Positions 1-9,580 are shown, numbered from the stretch's first letter. The stretch: DNA of 32,000 nt from Caedibacter taeniospiralis (GCF_002803295.2 NZ_PGGB02000014.1:4196-36195), one strand, 5' to 3'. Notes: generated by a model not told the origin, from the letters alone. Numbers and translations: made by a program.

Positions 1-1
1 C

Positions 2-796
2 TTCGCTGGACAAGTCGCGAACCCTGAAACGGGCTTAGTGTACAACAACGCCCGCGAGTATGTGCCCTTCTTGGGTCGATACCTTCAGGCGGATCCTTTG
101 GGATTAGCCAGTGGCTCTTTGAATAACTATACCTATGTTGGGAATAATCCCATTAACTTGATTGATCCGATGGGTTTATCCGCAATGGATTATGTCACAA
201 ACTTTGCCAACGGCTTTAATGATACGACGACCTTTGGGTTGTCTAATTATGGTTATGATGAAGGTTATGGTATTAGTTATACAGTCGGTTCAGGGGCAGC
301 AATGGCTGCTGGACTGTTTTATGGTGCGACAGAGTATAGAGCGCTCAATGCGTTAAGGCAGATGTTTACGCCCAGGGTTGTGGCAGAGATCGAGCAGGCA
401 GCAAAGACTGGGCAGATTTGTGCTAAATCTGCTTATAATCCAATGAATAAAGGACCACTTGCGCAGTCAATTGCAGATACATTTAGAGGTGGTAGTTATA
501 ATGAAGTTACTCTTCAAGAAAGCACTCAATTATACCGAGTATATGGTGGCTCAGCTGGTAAGATAGGTTCATACTGGACTAGAACAAAACCTACAGGTCA
601 CCTCCAATCACAGTTGGATTCAGCTTTAGCCCCACAATGGGGGAATACAGCTGAAAAAACTGCCAGTATAACGGTTCCCAAAGGAACAAAAATATATGAA
701 GGAGCCGCTGCTTCACAGTCCACCGGAGTTGGACAAATCATAGGCGGAGGCAATCAAGTATACATACCAAAGGTTAGCCCATCATGGATAAATTAA
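2..796 (+). CDS. Rhs/YD-repeat family protein, 3' part only (starts outside window), with a variable C-terminal toxin-like domain
   Basis: Frame is open from base 2: FAGQVANPETGLVYNNAREYVPFLGRYLQADPLGLASGSLNNYTYVGNNPINLIDPMGLS. This is the classic Rhs-associated core ending in the DPxGL junction. It is followed by a unique C-terminus (LYRVYGGSAGKIGSYWTR...GGGNQVYIPKVSPSWIN). Confidence 0.9.
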   Translation, partial: FAGQVANPETGLVYNNAREYVPFLGRYLQADPLGLASGSLNNYTYVGNNPINLIDPMGLSAMDYVTNFANGFNDTTTFGLSNYGYDEGYGISYTVGSGAAMAAGLFYGATEYRALNALRQMFTPRVVAEIEQAAKTGQICAKSAYNPMNKGPLAQSIADTFRGGSYNEVTLQESTQLYRVYGGSAGKIGSYWTRTKPTGHLQSQLDSALAPQWGNTAEKTASITVPKGTKIYEGAAASQSTGVGQIIGGGNQVYIPKVSPSWIN

Positions 797-1092
797 TTAG
801 GAAGTTAAACCATCTACGTGATTTGCTTAAAAGCTGTCAATCTATGTTAGATTTATTTGGTGAAAAAGAGTGGTCTGATAAGATTGGTCAAACGACAAAA
901 GCGGATGGTATTGATCCTTCTAAGGTTTTATCATGGTACGGTGGAATGGGGTCTTTTAATGATCTGCTAATATCAGGTTACAATGGTCACGAAGTTAAGC
1001 AAGAAGATGAAGATGTAGTAAATGCAGAATTATCTGACTTAAGAAATAAAATTTACTTAGAAGCAAAAGAGATTTTTGATCAGACTTTATAA
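784..1092 (+). CDS. Candidate cognate immunity protein for the Rhs toxin tip
   Basis: 102 aa ORF overlapping the Rhs stop by 13 bp. Small acidic protein in the position expected for an immunity gene; contains a 'WYGGMGSFNDLLISGYNGH' motif resembling small immunity-associated DUF families. Confidence 0.7.
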   Translation: MDKLIRKLNHLRDLLKSCQSMLDLFGEKEWSDKIGQTTKADGIDPSKVLSWYGGMGSFNDLLISGYNGHEVKQEDEDVVNAELSDLRNKIYLEAKEIFDQTL

Positions 1093-1150
1093 TCGATCCT
1101 AAAAATGTAAATGTAATAGATTTTTCAATACTCAAACCATAGGATTAACA

Positions 1151-1321
1151 ATGGAAAATAAATATTTTGGTATGACGGTTAATGAGAGACTTTATGTAAG
1201 CGGTTTAATGGATGAGTTTGATAAGGCTGTTGTTAATAAAGACACCAAAAAAGTTCGCTCCATCCTTGAGGATGTTGAGTTAGTTGAGGAATCTATCAAG
1301 CCAACTTTGAGAGAAAGCTAG
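1151..1321 (+). CDS. Small (56 aa) conserved-looking protein in the Rhs immunity region
   Basis: ATG at 1151: MENKYFGMTVNERLYVSGLMDEFDKAVVNKDTKKVRSILEDVELVEESIKPTLRES, stop at 1321. Below the 60-aa cutoff of the supplied ORF track. Codon-like composition and location support it. Confidence 0.55.
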   Translation: MENKYFGMTVNERLYVSGLMDEFDKAVVNKDTKKVRSILEDVELVEESIKPTLRES

Positions 1322-1374
1322 AAGTTGGTGGTCATCCAATAAGTAATGGTCATTTGGATATAGTGAATTAGAAA

Positions 1375-1731
1375 ATGAGGGCGAAACTAAAAGAATTTTA
1401 CTCTCTGGATTTGGATATCGATTCGTATTGGTCGGATCAACTCGATAATTTTGGCTTTTGGGTTCGAGCTATGATTGGTCCAGAAGGTGAAGAAGGGGTC
1501 GAGTCTTTTGATATACGGATATGTACTCCAAAGTGGCTTATATCGAAATACTCTGCTGAAGAAGTTCTCTTTGGTCGCCACATGTTAATTGTTTTTGAAT
1601 ATGACTTGGACAGAATCAAAAACAAAATATCTCGTTATTGTGATAGTTGCTTTGGCGAAACCTGGCAAGAAATAGCAAATAAACTCAGTAGGATTGGTTA
1701 TTGGGAATTTGAGGATTATACCCCCGCATAA
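1375..1731 (+). CDS. Immunity protein 8 (Imm8)-like protein
   Basis: 118 aa, MRAKLKEFYSLDLDIDSYW...FGFWVRAMIGPEGEEGVESFDIRICTPKWLISKY. The GPxGxEGxESFDxxxCTPKWL pattern is typical of the Imm8 family. Confidence 0.75.
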   Translation: MRAKLKEFYSLDLDIDSYWSDQLDNFGFWVRAMIGPEGEEGVESFDIRICTPKWLISKYSAEEVLFGRHMLIVFEYDLDRIKNKISRYCDSCFGETWQEIANKLSRIGYWEFEDYTPA

Positions 1732-1957
1732 AGCAGCCATGCGATGTGGGGCTTGGTTTAAATCACTTCCCAGGGTTTATTTTCCATTCTTGTCAGATCC
1801 AGGCTGGAAGTTCAGCGAGAAAACCAACTTTTGGCATCCTCCAATGAAGGAGATAGGGGTCGGATGAGGTCTGTAGTTTGACATTTTTGGTAACGAGAGC
1901 AGAGCTAATTTTCGTCTCACAGTCTCAAAAACCAGCTGCTCAGACTTTCTTATTCTT

Positions 1958-2025
1958 ACGTGACTTCGACGTAAGAAACATTGAATCACATGCTCGAAGC
2001 AAGTATTTTTATGTCGAACTCACGT
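1958..2025. mobile_element. Short MITE-like element, internally deleted copy (68 bp)
   Basis: Terminal inverted repeats ACGTGACTTCGAC.../...GTCGAACTCACGT; flanked by 7-bp direct repeat TATTCTT (1951-1957 and 2026-2032). First ~50 bp match the start, and last ~18 bp match the end, of the 186-bp element at 2425-2610. Confidence 0.75.
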
Positions 2026-2036
2026 TATTCTTGTAG

Positions 2037-2222
2037 AATTCAGCCTGTTGTTCTGAGGCTTATGATGTAGCCTTAGCCAAGCATTATGCTGAAGTACTCT
2101 GTGAGGGTGAAGATCTTAATGACTATTTATTTGAAGGTCGCTACTTCTCTTTTACCCTGCCGTTTCGTAAAACGGAGGATGATGGCAAGGGTAAAAAGCC
2201 TGAGCTTTTTTTGGTTGAATAA
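2037..2222 (+). pseudogene. C-terminal remnant of an unidentified protein gene
   Basis: Open frame without a start codon: NSACCSEAYDVALAKHYAEVLCEGEDLNDYLFEGRYFSFTLPFRKTEDDGKGKKPELFLVE*. Protein-like composition; begins right after an in-frame stop next to the MITE-like element. Confidence 0.4.
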
Positions 2223-2246
2223 TCTGCGTGGGCACGTAATTAGCCA

Positions 2247-2298
2247 AAGCGTGTCGGTGTGAGTGATCAGTGTCCGTCACACGACGACTCACACTTAG
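2247..2298. repeat. Intergenic palindromic repeat, copy 1
   Basis: AAGCGTGTCGGTGTGAGTGATCAGTGTCCGTCACACGACGACTCACACTTAG. Inverted arms GTGTGAGT/ACTCACAC; matches a second copy at 11097-11144. Confidence 0.7.
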
Positions 2299-2424
2299 GG
2301 AGCGAGATGTTTAAAGTTCGCCATTTAATAGCTGGGGCTATTGCCAAAACTCAACAATTGCTTTGTTTGCTACTTCTCGTATCAACATCGTTAATGCGTC
2401 TTTAACTTCATTTTCTACTGTATA

Positions 2425-2610
2425 ACGTGAGTTCGACGTAAGAAACATGGAATGACATGCTCAAAGCAAGTATTTTTAAGCAGTTCAAGGCTTTTGCACT
2501 TAAAAAGCACAGGACTAGCTGCGCTAATTTGAGCATTTTTAAGTGCATACTAACGCAGAAATGCTTGAAAAGACGACGCTTTGACAAGGTTTTTTATGTC
2601 GAACTCACGT
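2425..2610. mobile_element. MITE-like element, longer copy (186 bp)
   Basis: Perfect terminal inverted repeats ACGTGAGTTCGAC (2425-2437) and GTCGAACTCACGT (2598-2610). Flanked by 6-bp direct repeat TGTATA (2419-2424 and 2611-2616). No transposase inside. Confidence 0.8.
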
Positions 2611-2736
2611 TGTATACTACCCCAAAGAATCTAGGCAATTGTTTTGAACATTGATATATAAATCATCCTTGCCTTAACGAGTAAAAACCGCAACCATATG
2701 CAGTATTGCTGCAAGGATAAAAAACGAGGCTAACAC

Positions 2737-4290
2737 ATGAAACGTCTACCGATTGGTATTTCAAGTTTTGAAAAAATAAGAAGCGAAGATTATGTTTATA
2801 TTGATAAGACACAACATGTTTTTAATTTGGTGAACATAGGAGGGTGCCGCTATTTTCTGTCACGTCCGCGCCGATTTGGCAAGTCTCTCTTAATCGATAC
2901 AATCAAACAGGCATTTGAGGGAAACAAAAAATTATTTAAAGGCTTATACCTCGAGAACCATTGGGATTGGGAAATAAGATACCCCGTTTTGCACTTTACA
3001 TTCGGAAGTGGAAATGTTAGGAGCCCTGATGCTTTGGATGAGAAAATTGGCAGTTTTTTAGACGACTATTATACGCAGTATCAGCTTGAAAATGTGTATC
3101 GTGAAGTGAGTATACGGTTTGAGTATTTGATCAAGCATATAGCGAAAAGCGTGGGTCAAGTCGTGATTTTGGTGGATGAATACGACAAACCCATTCTCGA
3201 TAACATTGATCGCAGTGAGATCGCTTGTGCCATGCGTGAGCGACTTAGAAACTTCTATAGTGTGATTAAAGCTCAAGATGAGCATGTTAAGTTCACCATG
3301 CTGACAGGCGTATCCAAATTCAGCAAGGTGAGCCTGTTTAGTGATCTTAATCATCTGGATGATATCACCTTAGATGGGCGTTATGCCGATATTTGTGGTT
3401 ATAATCAAGCCGAACTGGATGCCTCTTTTAAGGTATATTTAGAGGAGGGTAACGTTGATCACAAATTGTTAAAGTACTGGTATAATGGCTACAATTTTTC
3501 TGGTTCTGAGTGCCAAAATGTGTATAACCCATTTGATATTTTACTGTTTATCAACAAAGGATATCATTATCAAAATTACTGGTTTGAAACGGCTACTCCC
3601 ACTTTTCTCATCAAAATGATTGAAAAGAGTTGCTATTTTATCCCTGATTTAGAAAGGATTGTTGTGGGTGAAGATCTGCTAAGAACGTTTCATGTCGATA
3701 ATATGCCCGTTACAACGCTGCTTTTTCAGACAGGTTATTTAACGGTTAAACAAATGACTGCAGAAGGGCAGCGCGCGACTTATCAATTGGGTTACCCTAA
3801 TTACGAGGTCAAATACAGTTTAAATGAGAGTCTGGCAAATATTGGGACAACAGCAGATCACAAAAACAGGGTGCTTAATCATCTGACTACGGCACTAGTG
3901 AAGGAGGACTTTCAAGGATTAAAAAATATCTTCAGCAGTCACTTTGCGAGTATTCCCAACGATTGGTATCGCAAGAATAAGATTGATCAATATGAAGGCT
4001 TTTATGCCAGTATTGTTTATAGTTTTTTTGTTGCATTGGGTTATGAAGTGGTTGCTGAAGACGTGACGAATCAGGGAAAAATTGATTTAACACTCATTAT
4101 GTCAGATAAGGTGTTGATTATTGAGTTTAAGTTAAAAAAACATGGTGATGCGAAAGCAGCCATTGAGCAAATTAAAGAAAAAAATTATGCTCAGAAGTAT
4201 AGGAACTCTAATAAGCCAATCTATTTAGTTGGGATAAGTTTTGATCCCAAAGAGCGTAATGTAGTTGATTTGCTTGCTGAGCAGTATTAA
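2737..4290 (+). CDS. AAA-ATPase-like / PD-(D/E)XK nuclease superfamily protein (DUF1703 type)
   Basis: 517 aa: MKRLPIGISSFEKIRSEDYVYIDKT...YFLSRPRRFGKSLLIDTIKQAFEG (P-loop), VVILVDEYDKPI (Walker B-like), C-terminal GKIDLTLIMSDKVLIIEFKLKK (PD-(D/E)XK-like motif). Confidence 0.9.
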   Translation: MKRLPIGISSFEKIRSEDYVYIDKTQHVFNLVNIGGCRYFLSRPRRFGKSLLIDTIKQAFEGNKKLFKGLYLENHWDWEIRYPVLHFTFGSGNVRSPDALDEKIGSFLDDYYTQYQLENVYREVSIRFEYLIKHIAKSVGQVVILVDEYDKPILDNIDRSEIACAMRERLRNFYSVIKAQDEHVKFTMLTGVSKFSKVSLFSDLNHLDDITLDGRYADICGYNQAELDASFKVYLEEGNVDHKLLKYWYNGYNFSGSECQNVYNPFDILLFINKGYHYQNYWFETATPTFLIKMIEKSCYFIPDLERIVVGEDLLRTFHVDNMPVTTLLFQTGYLTVKQMTAEGQRATYQLGYPNYEVKYSLNESLANIGTTADHKNRVLNHLTTALVKEDFQGLKNIFSSHFASIPNDWYRKNKIDQYEGFYASIVYSFFVALGYEVVAEDVTNQGKIDLTLIMSDKVLIIEFKLKKHGDAKAAIEQIKEKNYAQKYRNSNKPIYLVGISFDPKERNVVDLLAEQY

Positions 4291-4303
4291 GTAGGGAATT
4301 AAC

Positions 4304-6112
4304 ATGAAAACAAGTCTAATAAAAAACAAAAGTGCCTGGATTGTATTTGCCTATGATGTATGTTCGGCACTGCTTTCGTGGGCTATCGTGCATGCACTTA
4401 TTTGGGGTAGGATAAGCGGTTTTGCTTTTAGTCAGTTTATCTTTGTGGCGATTGCTTTTACCATATCCACGAAACTATTTAGAACCTATGCCTCGCTATG
4501 GAAGACTGTTTCAGCTGAGGATCTAAAAAGGAATATTTACTCGGTTATTCTTGGGGCAGCCGTTTTTTTTGCCTTAGAGTTTATTGCTAATAGAATGGCT
4601 TATGTTGCACGTTCTGAGGTTGTTTTCTACCCTGCTGTGACATTGCTCATTACGCTGGCAGGACGATTTTTTTATCGGCAATACTTGCTGGGCTTAAGAA
4701 AAAGAAATGCAAAAAAAATGATTATCATTGGAGGTGGTGATGGTGCCAGCCTGTTTTTGCGCGAAAATGATGCCCTAAATAGACCTTATAATATCCTAGG
4801 TATATTCGATGATAACAAGGAATTGCAAGGTAAGTTACTTCGCAATAATACGATTGTGGGACCCATTGATTTTTTAGTGAAGGAGAGTTTTTTATCTAAA
4901 TATCCAGCAGATGAAATCTTAATTGCGATTCCTTCACTGGATAAAATTAAACTGCAAGAGATATATCAGAAAGTGGCGAAACTTGGTCTGCCTATCAAAA
5001 TACTCCCATCATTAATGGAATTAACGCATGGTGCAAAATTCATGGATCTTAAAGAAGTTAAGATTGAAGATCTTTTGGGGCGTGATCAAGTTATTATCAA
5101 TTCTGAAAAGTTAGCCAAAGCCTACTTGGAAAAAACCATATTAGTAACGGGAGGTGCTGGATCCATTGGTTCAGAAATATGTCGGCAACTATTAGCAAAA
5201 TCCCCCCCTAAAGTGTTGATTATTTTAGATCATAGCGAATACAATCTCTATTTGATCGAGAGGGAGCTAAGCTTAATTTCCCATCAGACAAAGCTTAAAT
5301 TTAGTTTAACCAGTGTTACGGACCAGCGCGGACTATCTCATCTGTTTCAGTCAAATAAGATTGACGTTATTTTTCATGCAGCAGCTTATAAGCATGTGCC
5401 ATTGCTGGAAGACCAACCCAAAATGGCGATTCAAAACAATATCATTGGAACGAAAAATATGGTTGATTTGAGTTTGCAGCACAAAGTAGAACGGTTCCTT
5501 CTGGTTTCAACGGATAAAGCGGTTAATCCTACTAATGTTATGGGAGCAACAAAGCGAATTGCTGAGTTATATGTCAATGCACAAAAAAATGAGCATACTA
5601 AGTTTATGGTGACTCGTTTTGGCAATGTTCTGGGATCGGCAGGAAGTGTCGTGCCCCTTTTTAAAGAACAGCTAAAGAAAGGAGGTCCCATTACCGTAAC
5701 CCACAAGGATATTGAGCGCTATTTTATGACTATTCCTGAAGCCTCTTTGCTGGTTGTTTTATCATGTGCTATTGGCGTAGGGGGTGAAACTTTTGTTCTG
5801 GAAATGGGGCAAGCTGTTAAAATAGTTGAGCTTGCTGAGCAGATGATAAAGTTATCAGGTAAAAAGCCGTATGTGGATATTGATATTCAGTTCACAGGCT
5901 TAAGACCTGGTGAGAAAATGTACGAAGAACTTTTTTACTCAAAAGAGGAATTAAGAGCTTCGGGATTTGACAAGTTATTAATTGGTCAATCCACACATTT
6001 AGAGTGTGAGAAAATGGACGAGGTCCTTAGGGTTCTTCTTGCAGATGAAAATAAAGAAGGTTTAATGAAGGTTATTGAATCTTTGAATAAATGTGAATTA
6101 ATTGCAACGTAA
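4304..6112 (+). CDS. Membrane-bound nucleoside-diphosphate-sugar epimerase/dehydratase (PglF/CapD/FlaA1-like polysaccharide biosynthesis protein)
   Basis: 602 aa; N-terminal transmembrane region, then KTILVTGGAGSIGSEICRQL Rossmann motif and VSTDKAVNPTNVMGATKRIAE. Confidence 0.88.
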   Translation: MKTSLIKNKSAWIVFAYDVCSALLSWAIVHALIWGRISGFAFSQFIFVAIAFTISTKLFRTYASLWKTVSAEDLKRNIYSVILGAAVFFALEFIANRMAYVARSEVVFYPAVTLLITLAGRFFYRQYLLGLRKRNAKKMIIIGGGDGASLFLRENDALNRPYNILGIFDDNKELQGKLLRNNTIVGPIDFLVKESFLSKYPADEILIAIPSLDKIKLQEIYQKVAKLGLPIKILPSLMELTHGAKFMDLKEVKIEDLLGRDQVIINSEKLAKAYLEKTILVTGGAGSIGSEICRQLLAKSPPKVLIILDHSEYNLYLIERELSLISHQTKLKFSLTSVTDQRGLSHLFQSNKIDVIFHAAAYKHVPLLEDQPKMAIQNNIIGTKNMVDLSLQHKVERFLLVSTDKAVNPTNVMGATKRIAELYVNAQKNEHTKFMVTRFGNVLGSAGSVVPLFKEQLKKGGPITVTHKDIERYFMTIPEASLLVVLSCAIGVGGETFVLEMGQAVKIVELAEQMIKLSGKKPYVDIDIQFTGLRPGEKMYEELFYSKEELRASGFDKLLIGQSTHLECEKMDEVLRVLLADENKEGLMKVIESLNKCELIAT

Positions 6113-6308
6113 ATTAGTGGATAGTACATTTGCTAAAACAATGAAACTATTCATTGTTTCTTAACGCATTCGCTATTGTCAAAATTCAATCCTTCAAAAT
6201 CAGCCGAAATTCAGTGCCAGAAAGTCTGCAAAAGGATTTACAATGGGTATAAAATGACTTTTTTAAGATAAACTCCCAAAATCAAACGATCAAAGGAAAC
6301 TTATATTC

Positions 6309-6905
6309 ATGAAACAAATCGTTTTTGCCTCTAGCAACAAGGGGAAAATCAAAGAAGTCAGTGAGATCCTCGCCCCTCTGGGTTTTGAAGTGATCCCGCA
6401 AACTGAATTTAGGGTGCCTGATGCGGATGAAACAGGATTAAGCTTTATTGAAAATGCCATTTTAAAGGCGCGCCACTGTTCGCATTTTACCAAATTACCT
6501 GCACTTGCGGACGACTCTGGTTTGTGTGTTGACGCTTTAAATGGAGCTCCTGGCATCTATTCTGCACGCTTCTCGGGTGAGCATGGTAATGATGAATCAA
6601 ACATAGACAAACTGCTGAATGAAATGCAAGGTATTGCAGAAGCTGAACGTCAGGCGCACTTCCAATGTGTACTTGCTTTGGTCATGCACGAATATGATCC
6701 TATGCCCATCATCGCTGAGGGACGCGTCGATGGCAATATTACCCATGAGCGCCAAGGCAAGAATGGCTTTGGCTATAACCCTGTTTTTCTACTGCCCGAA
6801 TATAATCTGACCATGGCGGAAGTGGATAATAACATTAAGAATACTATCAGCCATAGAGCGCGTGCCTTAGATAAATTAAAAGCGAGGCTTCTTAGTCACC
6901 TGTGA
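6309..6905 (+). CDS. rdgB: Non-canonical purine NTP pyrophosphatase (dITP/XTP)
   Basis: 198 aa: [21 protein letters not shown]...[29 protein letters not shown]...[11 protein letters not shown]. Confidence 0.96.
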   Translation: MKQIVFASSNKGKIKEVSEILAPLGFEVIPQTEFRVPDADETGLSFIENAILKARHCSHFTKLPALADDSGLCVDALNGAPGIYSARFSGEHGNDESNIDKLLNEMQGIAEAERQAHFQCVLALVMHEYDPMPIIAEGRVDGNITHERQGKNGFGYNPVFLLPEYNLTMAEVDNNIKNTISHRARALDKLKARLLSHL

Positions 6906-7102
6906 AAAATGGACTTTGACAAAATCACTGCCGACTGTTATTTGAATAAGTACAAGGGGGTATGCAATACGCCCCCCACAATACGTTATTATGGACGAAG
7001 GTATTGTCCAATACCGAAAAATGCGTGCACTTAGGAGTGATTTTACACGTCTTTTCCATTAAACTTGGGCTTTGAAAAACAAAACAGTAAGCGATATTCA
7101 TC

Positions 7103-7420
7103 ATGAACGACGAGCAAGACAAAGATGATCTAACCCCAAAAACAAATGAATCCGCAGCACAACAAGAAACTTTCTTTGAGTTTCCATGCCAATTCCCCAT
7201 TAAGATTATGGCTAATCCACAAAAAGAGGTGATTGAGTTTGTATTAAACACTTTAGAGAAATATATTGAAAATCCGGAAGCGATCAAATTCACCACCCGT
7301 GAAAGCAAAACAGGCAAGTATATTTCGATTACCGCCATCTTTGAGGCAACCAGTAAGGAACAGCTTGATAGTATTTATCAAGCGCTTAGTTCTCATCCAG
7401 AAATTCATATGGTTTTATAG
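7103..7420 (+). CDS. ybeD: DUF493/YbeD family protein
   Basis: 105 aa: [21 protein letters not shown]...[32 protein letters not shown]; immediately upstream of lipB, as in E. coli. Confidence 0.88.
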   Translation: MNDEQDKDDLTPKTNESAAQQETFFEFPCQFPIKIMANPQKEVIEFVLNTLEKYIENPEAIKFTTRESKTGKYISITAIFEATSKEQLDSIYQALSSHPEIHMVL

Positions 7421-7422
7421 CA

Positions 7423-8043
7423 ATGACCATCAAAACGAAATACCTGGGGCTTGCTGAATATAATCAAGTTTATCAGTCAATGGTTGAGTTTACGGATGGG
7501 CGAGATGAGCTTACTGGTGATGAAATCTGGCTTGTGGAACATCCTGCTGTTTTCACTCAAGGTCGCCATGGCAAGGCTGAACACATTATCAATCCGCAAG
7601 AGGTTCCTGTTGTTCAGAGCGATCGTGGCGGGCAAGTCACTTATCACGGACCAGGGCAGGCGGTTATTTACTTTTTATTTGATTTAAAACGTTTAAATAT
7701 CGGCATTAAGAACTTTGTTTGCCTAGTAGAAAGAAGTTGTATACGTCTTCTCAAACAATATGACATCGAAAGTCATACCATTGCCAAAGCCCCTGGAATT
7801 TATGTTGATCACGCAAAAATTGCTTCGCTGGGTCTTCGTGTCAAAAAGGGGCTAACCTATCACGGTATTGCGATCAACACCCGTATGGATCTCACGCCGT
7901 TTAGCTATATCAATCCATGTGGTTATCAACATTTGAAGATGACGCAAATACACGCACACAACCCTATGATTGACGTTTATAAAGTCCTAACTGAGTATGC
8001 ACAAATCATTTGTGAAAACTTAGATAGGCCTATTTTCAGTTAG
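7423..8043 (+). CDS. lipB: Lipoyl(octanoyl) transferase
   Basis: 206 aa with [56 protein letters not shown] motifs. Confidence 0.95.
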   Translation: MTIKTKYLGLAEYNQVYQSMVEFTDGRDELTGDEIWLVEHPAVFTQGRHGKAEHIINPQEVPVVQSDRGGQVTYHGPGQAVIYFLFDLKRLNIGIKNFVCLVERSCIRLLKQYDIESHTIAKAPGIYVDHAKIASLGLRVKKGLTYHGIAINTRMDLTPFSYINPCGYQHLKMTQIHAHNPMIDVYKVLTEYAQIICENLDRPIFS

Positions 8044-8098
8044 ACCGTTATCCTGATTCTTGTCATAATAAGGCAACCATCGATTAATCAGCATTTTT

Positions 8099-9580
8099 AT
8101 GCAATTAAAACCACGTAAATTATTATTAAATACAAAACAGCCTTTTGGGCTATGGTTTTTACTACTAGCCTCACTGCTGTATAGTGTGGGAACCACAGCG
8201 ATCGCCGTAAACTTCTCTGGCTATCTTCACGGCATTGCTGATGACTCACAAGAGGGTTTAACCACTCAAATTCTTGCAACTAATTTCAATCTGCTTACCA
8301 ACTTGTTTTTATACAGTGCCGCGGGACTGATTGGCGGTATTTTAGGCTATATGATTGGACATAGACGTTCTGTGACCATCGGGATGCTATACTCTGCTGT
8401 TGCTTTAATTCTATTATCGTTTAATAACTTATCGTTAATTGGTTTTGCTGCCTATGTGATTGGTGTTGGACTGGTTATCCCTAATTTATTCACTACCTTG
8501 AGTTTTCTCTATACACAAGACGATCCAAGGCGCCACGCAGGATTTACTTTGATGTATATGACAACGGTTTTAGGCGCGGCTTTGTCTTTATCCATTGGTG
8601 CTAGCCTAAGCACACTTAGCTACCAGGCATGGTTTATTACAATGGCTATTGTGAGTCTTATCGCGGCACTTGTTTTTCTCTACGCAGGGATTTACTTAAG
8701 CCATAATACGGGCTTAATCGATGGCATCGAGCCAAAGTATACCCCATCTACGTATAGCGTGCTATTTGTGCTTATTGTGCTTTCTTCAGTAACTGATTAT
8801 CTACTGCAATATCAATCCATCCTGCAAATACTCATTCTCACCTTGGGTGTGCTTGCCTTCGTCGTGATGCTGATATACTCCTATTTAGAAAAAGATGACG
8901 CTCAACGTAGGCGTAACCGTGTTCTATTAACCTTGCTGGCTTTGAGCTTTTTTTCCTGGTTTGCCGATAAAAATATCATCACGATTTTTCTGAACTACCT
9001 AAACCTGTTTAACCGAAATTATGGCTTCTTTAGTGCTAAAAGCTTATCTGCGGATTTCTTTTTTGAAGCAAATATTGCGTTGGTGCTTATCATCGGTTTG
9101 ATCTCAGCATTTCTTTGGAATAAGAACAAACACACTCAACACATGAAAAGGCTTATTCGCCTATTCAGTCTTGCTATTTTGCTCACCTCGATCTCTTGTG
9201 CTCTTCTGTTTTTTAGCTTCTTGACGCAATCCTTAAGTCATTTTGCCACGACGGGGAATTATTTACTGATCATCACCTTAACGCTTAACTCCATTGCCAA
9301 AGTTCTGCTATTGCCGCTTTATTACGCCATTGTTGGTAAGCTGTCACCCCGAAAATATGAATCGATCGTGATGGGATTTTTCTTCATCATCAATGCCGCC
9401 ATTGGGGTGATCGTTTTTTCTTTAAATGCCAAAATATTGCGTCCACAAGCACTTATTGATACCTATAGCTCCCTATCATATCTCTACGGCTGCTTACTTA
9501 TTCTTGGATTAGGATGCGCTTTGATTGCTTACTTGCTGGCGAAATTCATGCGTTACAATAAAAAAAGTGACCAAATTTAA
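8099..9580 (+). CDS. MFS-type transporter, possibly POT/oligopeptide-symporter-like
   Basis: 493 aa highly hydrophobic multi-TM protein with an MFS-like loop (GYMIGHRRSVTIGMLYSAVAL). Confidence 0.75.
   Translation: MQLKPRKLLLNTKQPFGLWFLLLASLLYSVGTTAIAVNFSGYLHGIADDSQEGLTTQILATNFNLLTNLFLYSAAGLIGGILGYMIGHRRSVTIGMLYSAVALILLSFNNLSLIGFAAYVIGVGLVIPNLFTTLSFLYTQDDPRRHAGFTLMYMTTVLGAALSLSIGASLSTLSYQAWFITMAIVSLIAALVFLYAGIYLSHNTGLIDGIEPKYTPSTYSVLFVLIVLSSVTDYLLQYQSILQILILTLGVLAFVVMLIYSYLEKDDAQRRRNRVLLTLLALSFFSWFADKNIITIFLNYLNLFNRNYGFFSAKSLSADFFFEANIALVLIIGLISAFLWNKNKHTQHMKRLIRLFSLAILLTSISCALLFFSFLTQSLSHFATTGNYLLIITLTLNSIAKVLLLPLYYAIVGKLSPRKYESIVMGFFFIINAAIGVIVFSLNAKILRPQALIDTYSSLSYLYGCLLILGLGCALIAYLLAKFMRYNKKSDQI

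Noticed and set aside
1777-1989. 70-aa minus-strand ORF near the Rhs region
   Set aside because: Its 5' end lies inside the small MITE-like element and no family is recognised. The surrounding DNA looks degraded on both strands.
2457-2654. 65-aa ORF MLKASIFKQFKAFALKKHRTSCANL...
   Set aside because: It begins inside the 186-bp MITE-like element and runs out of its end; no protein-like conservation is visible, so it is probably incidental.
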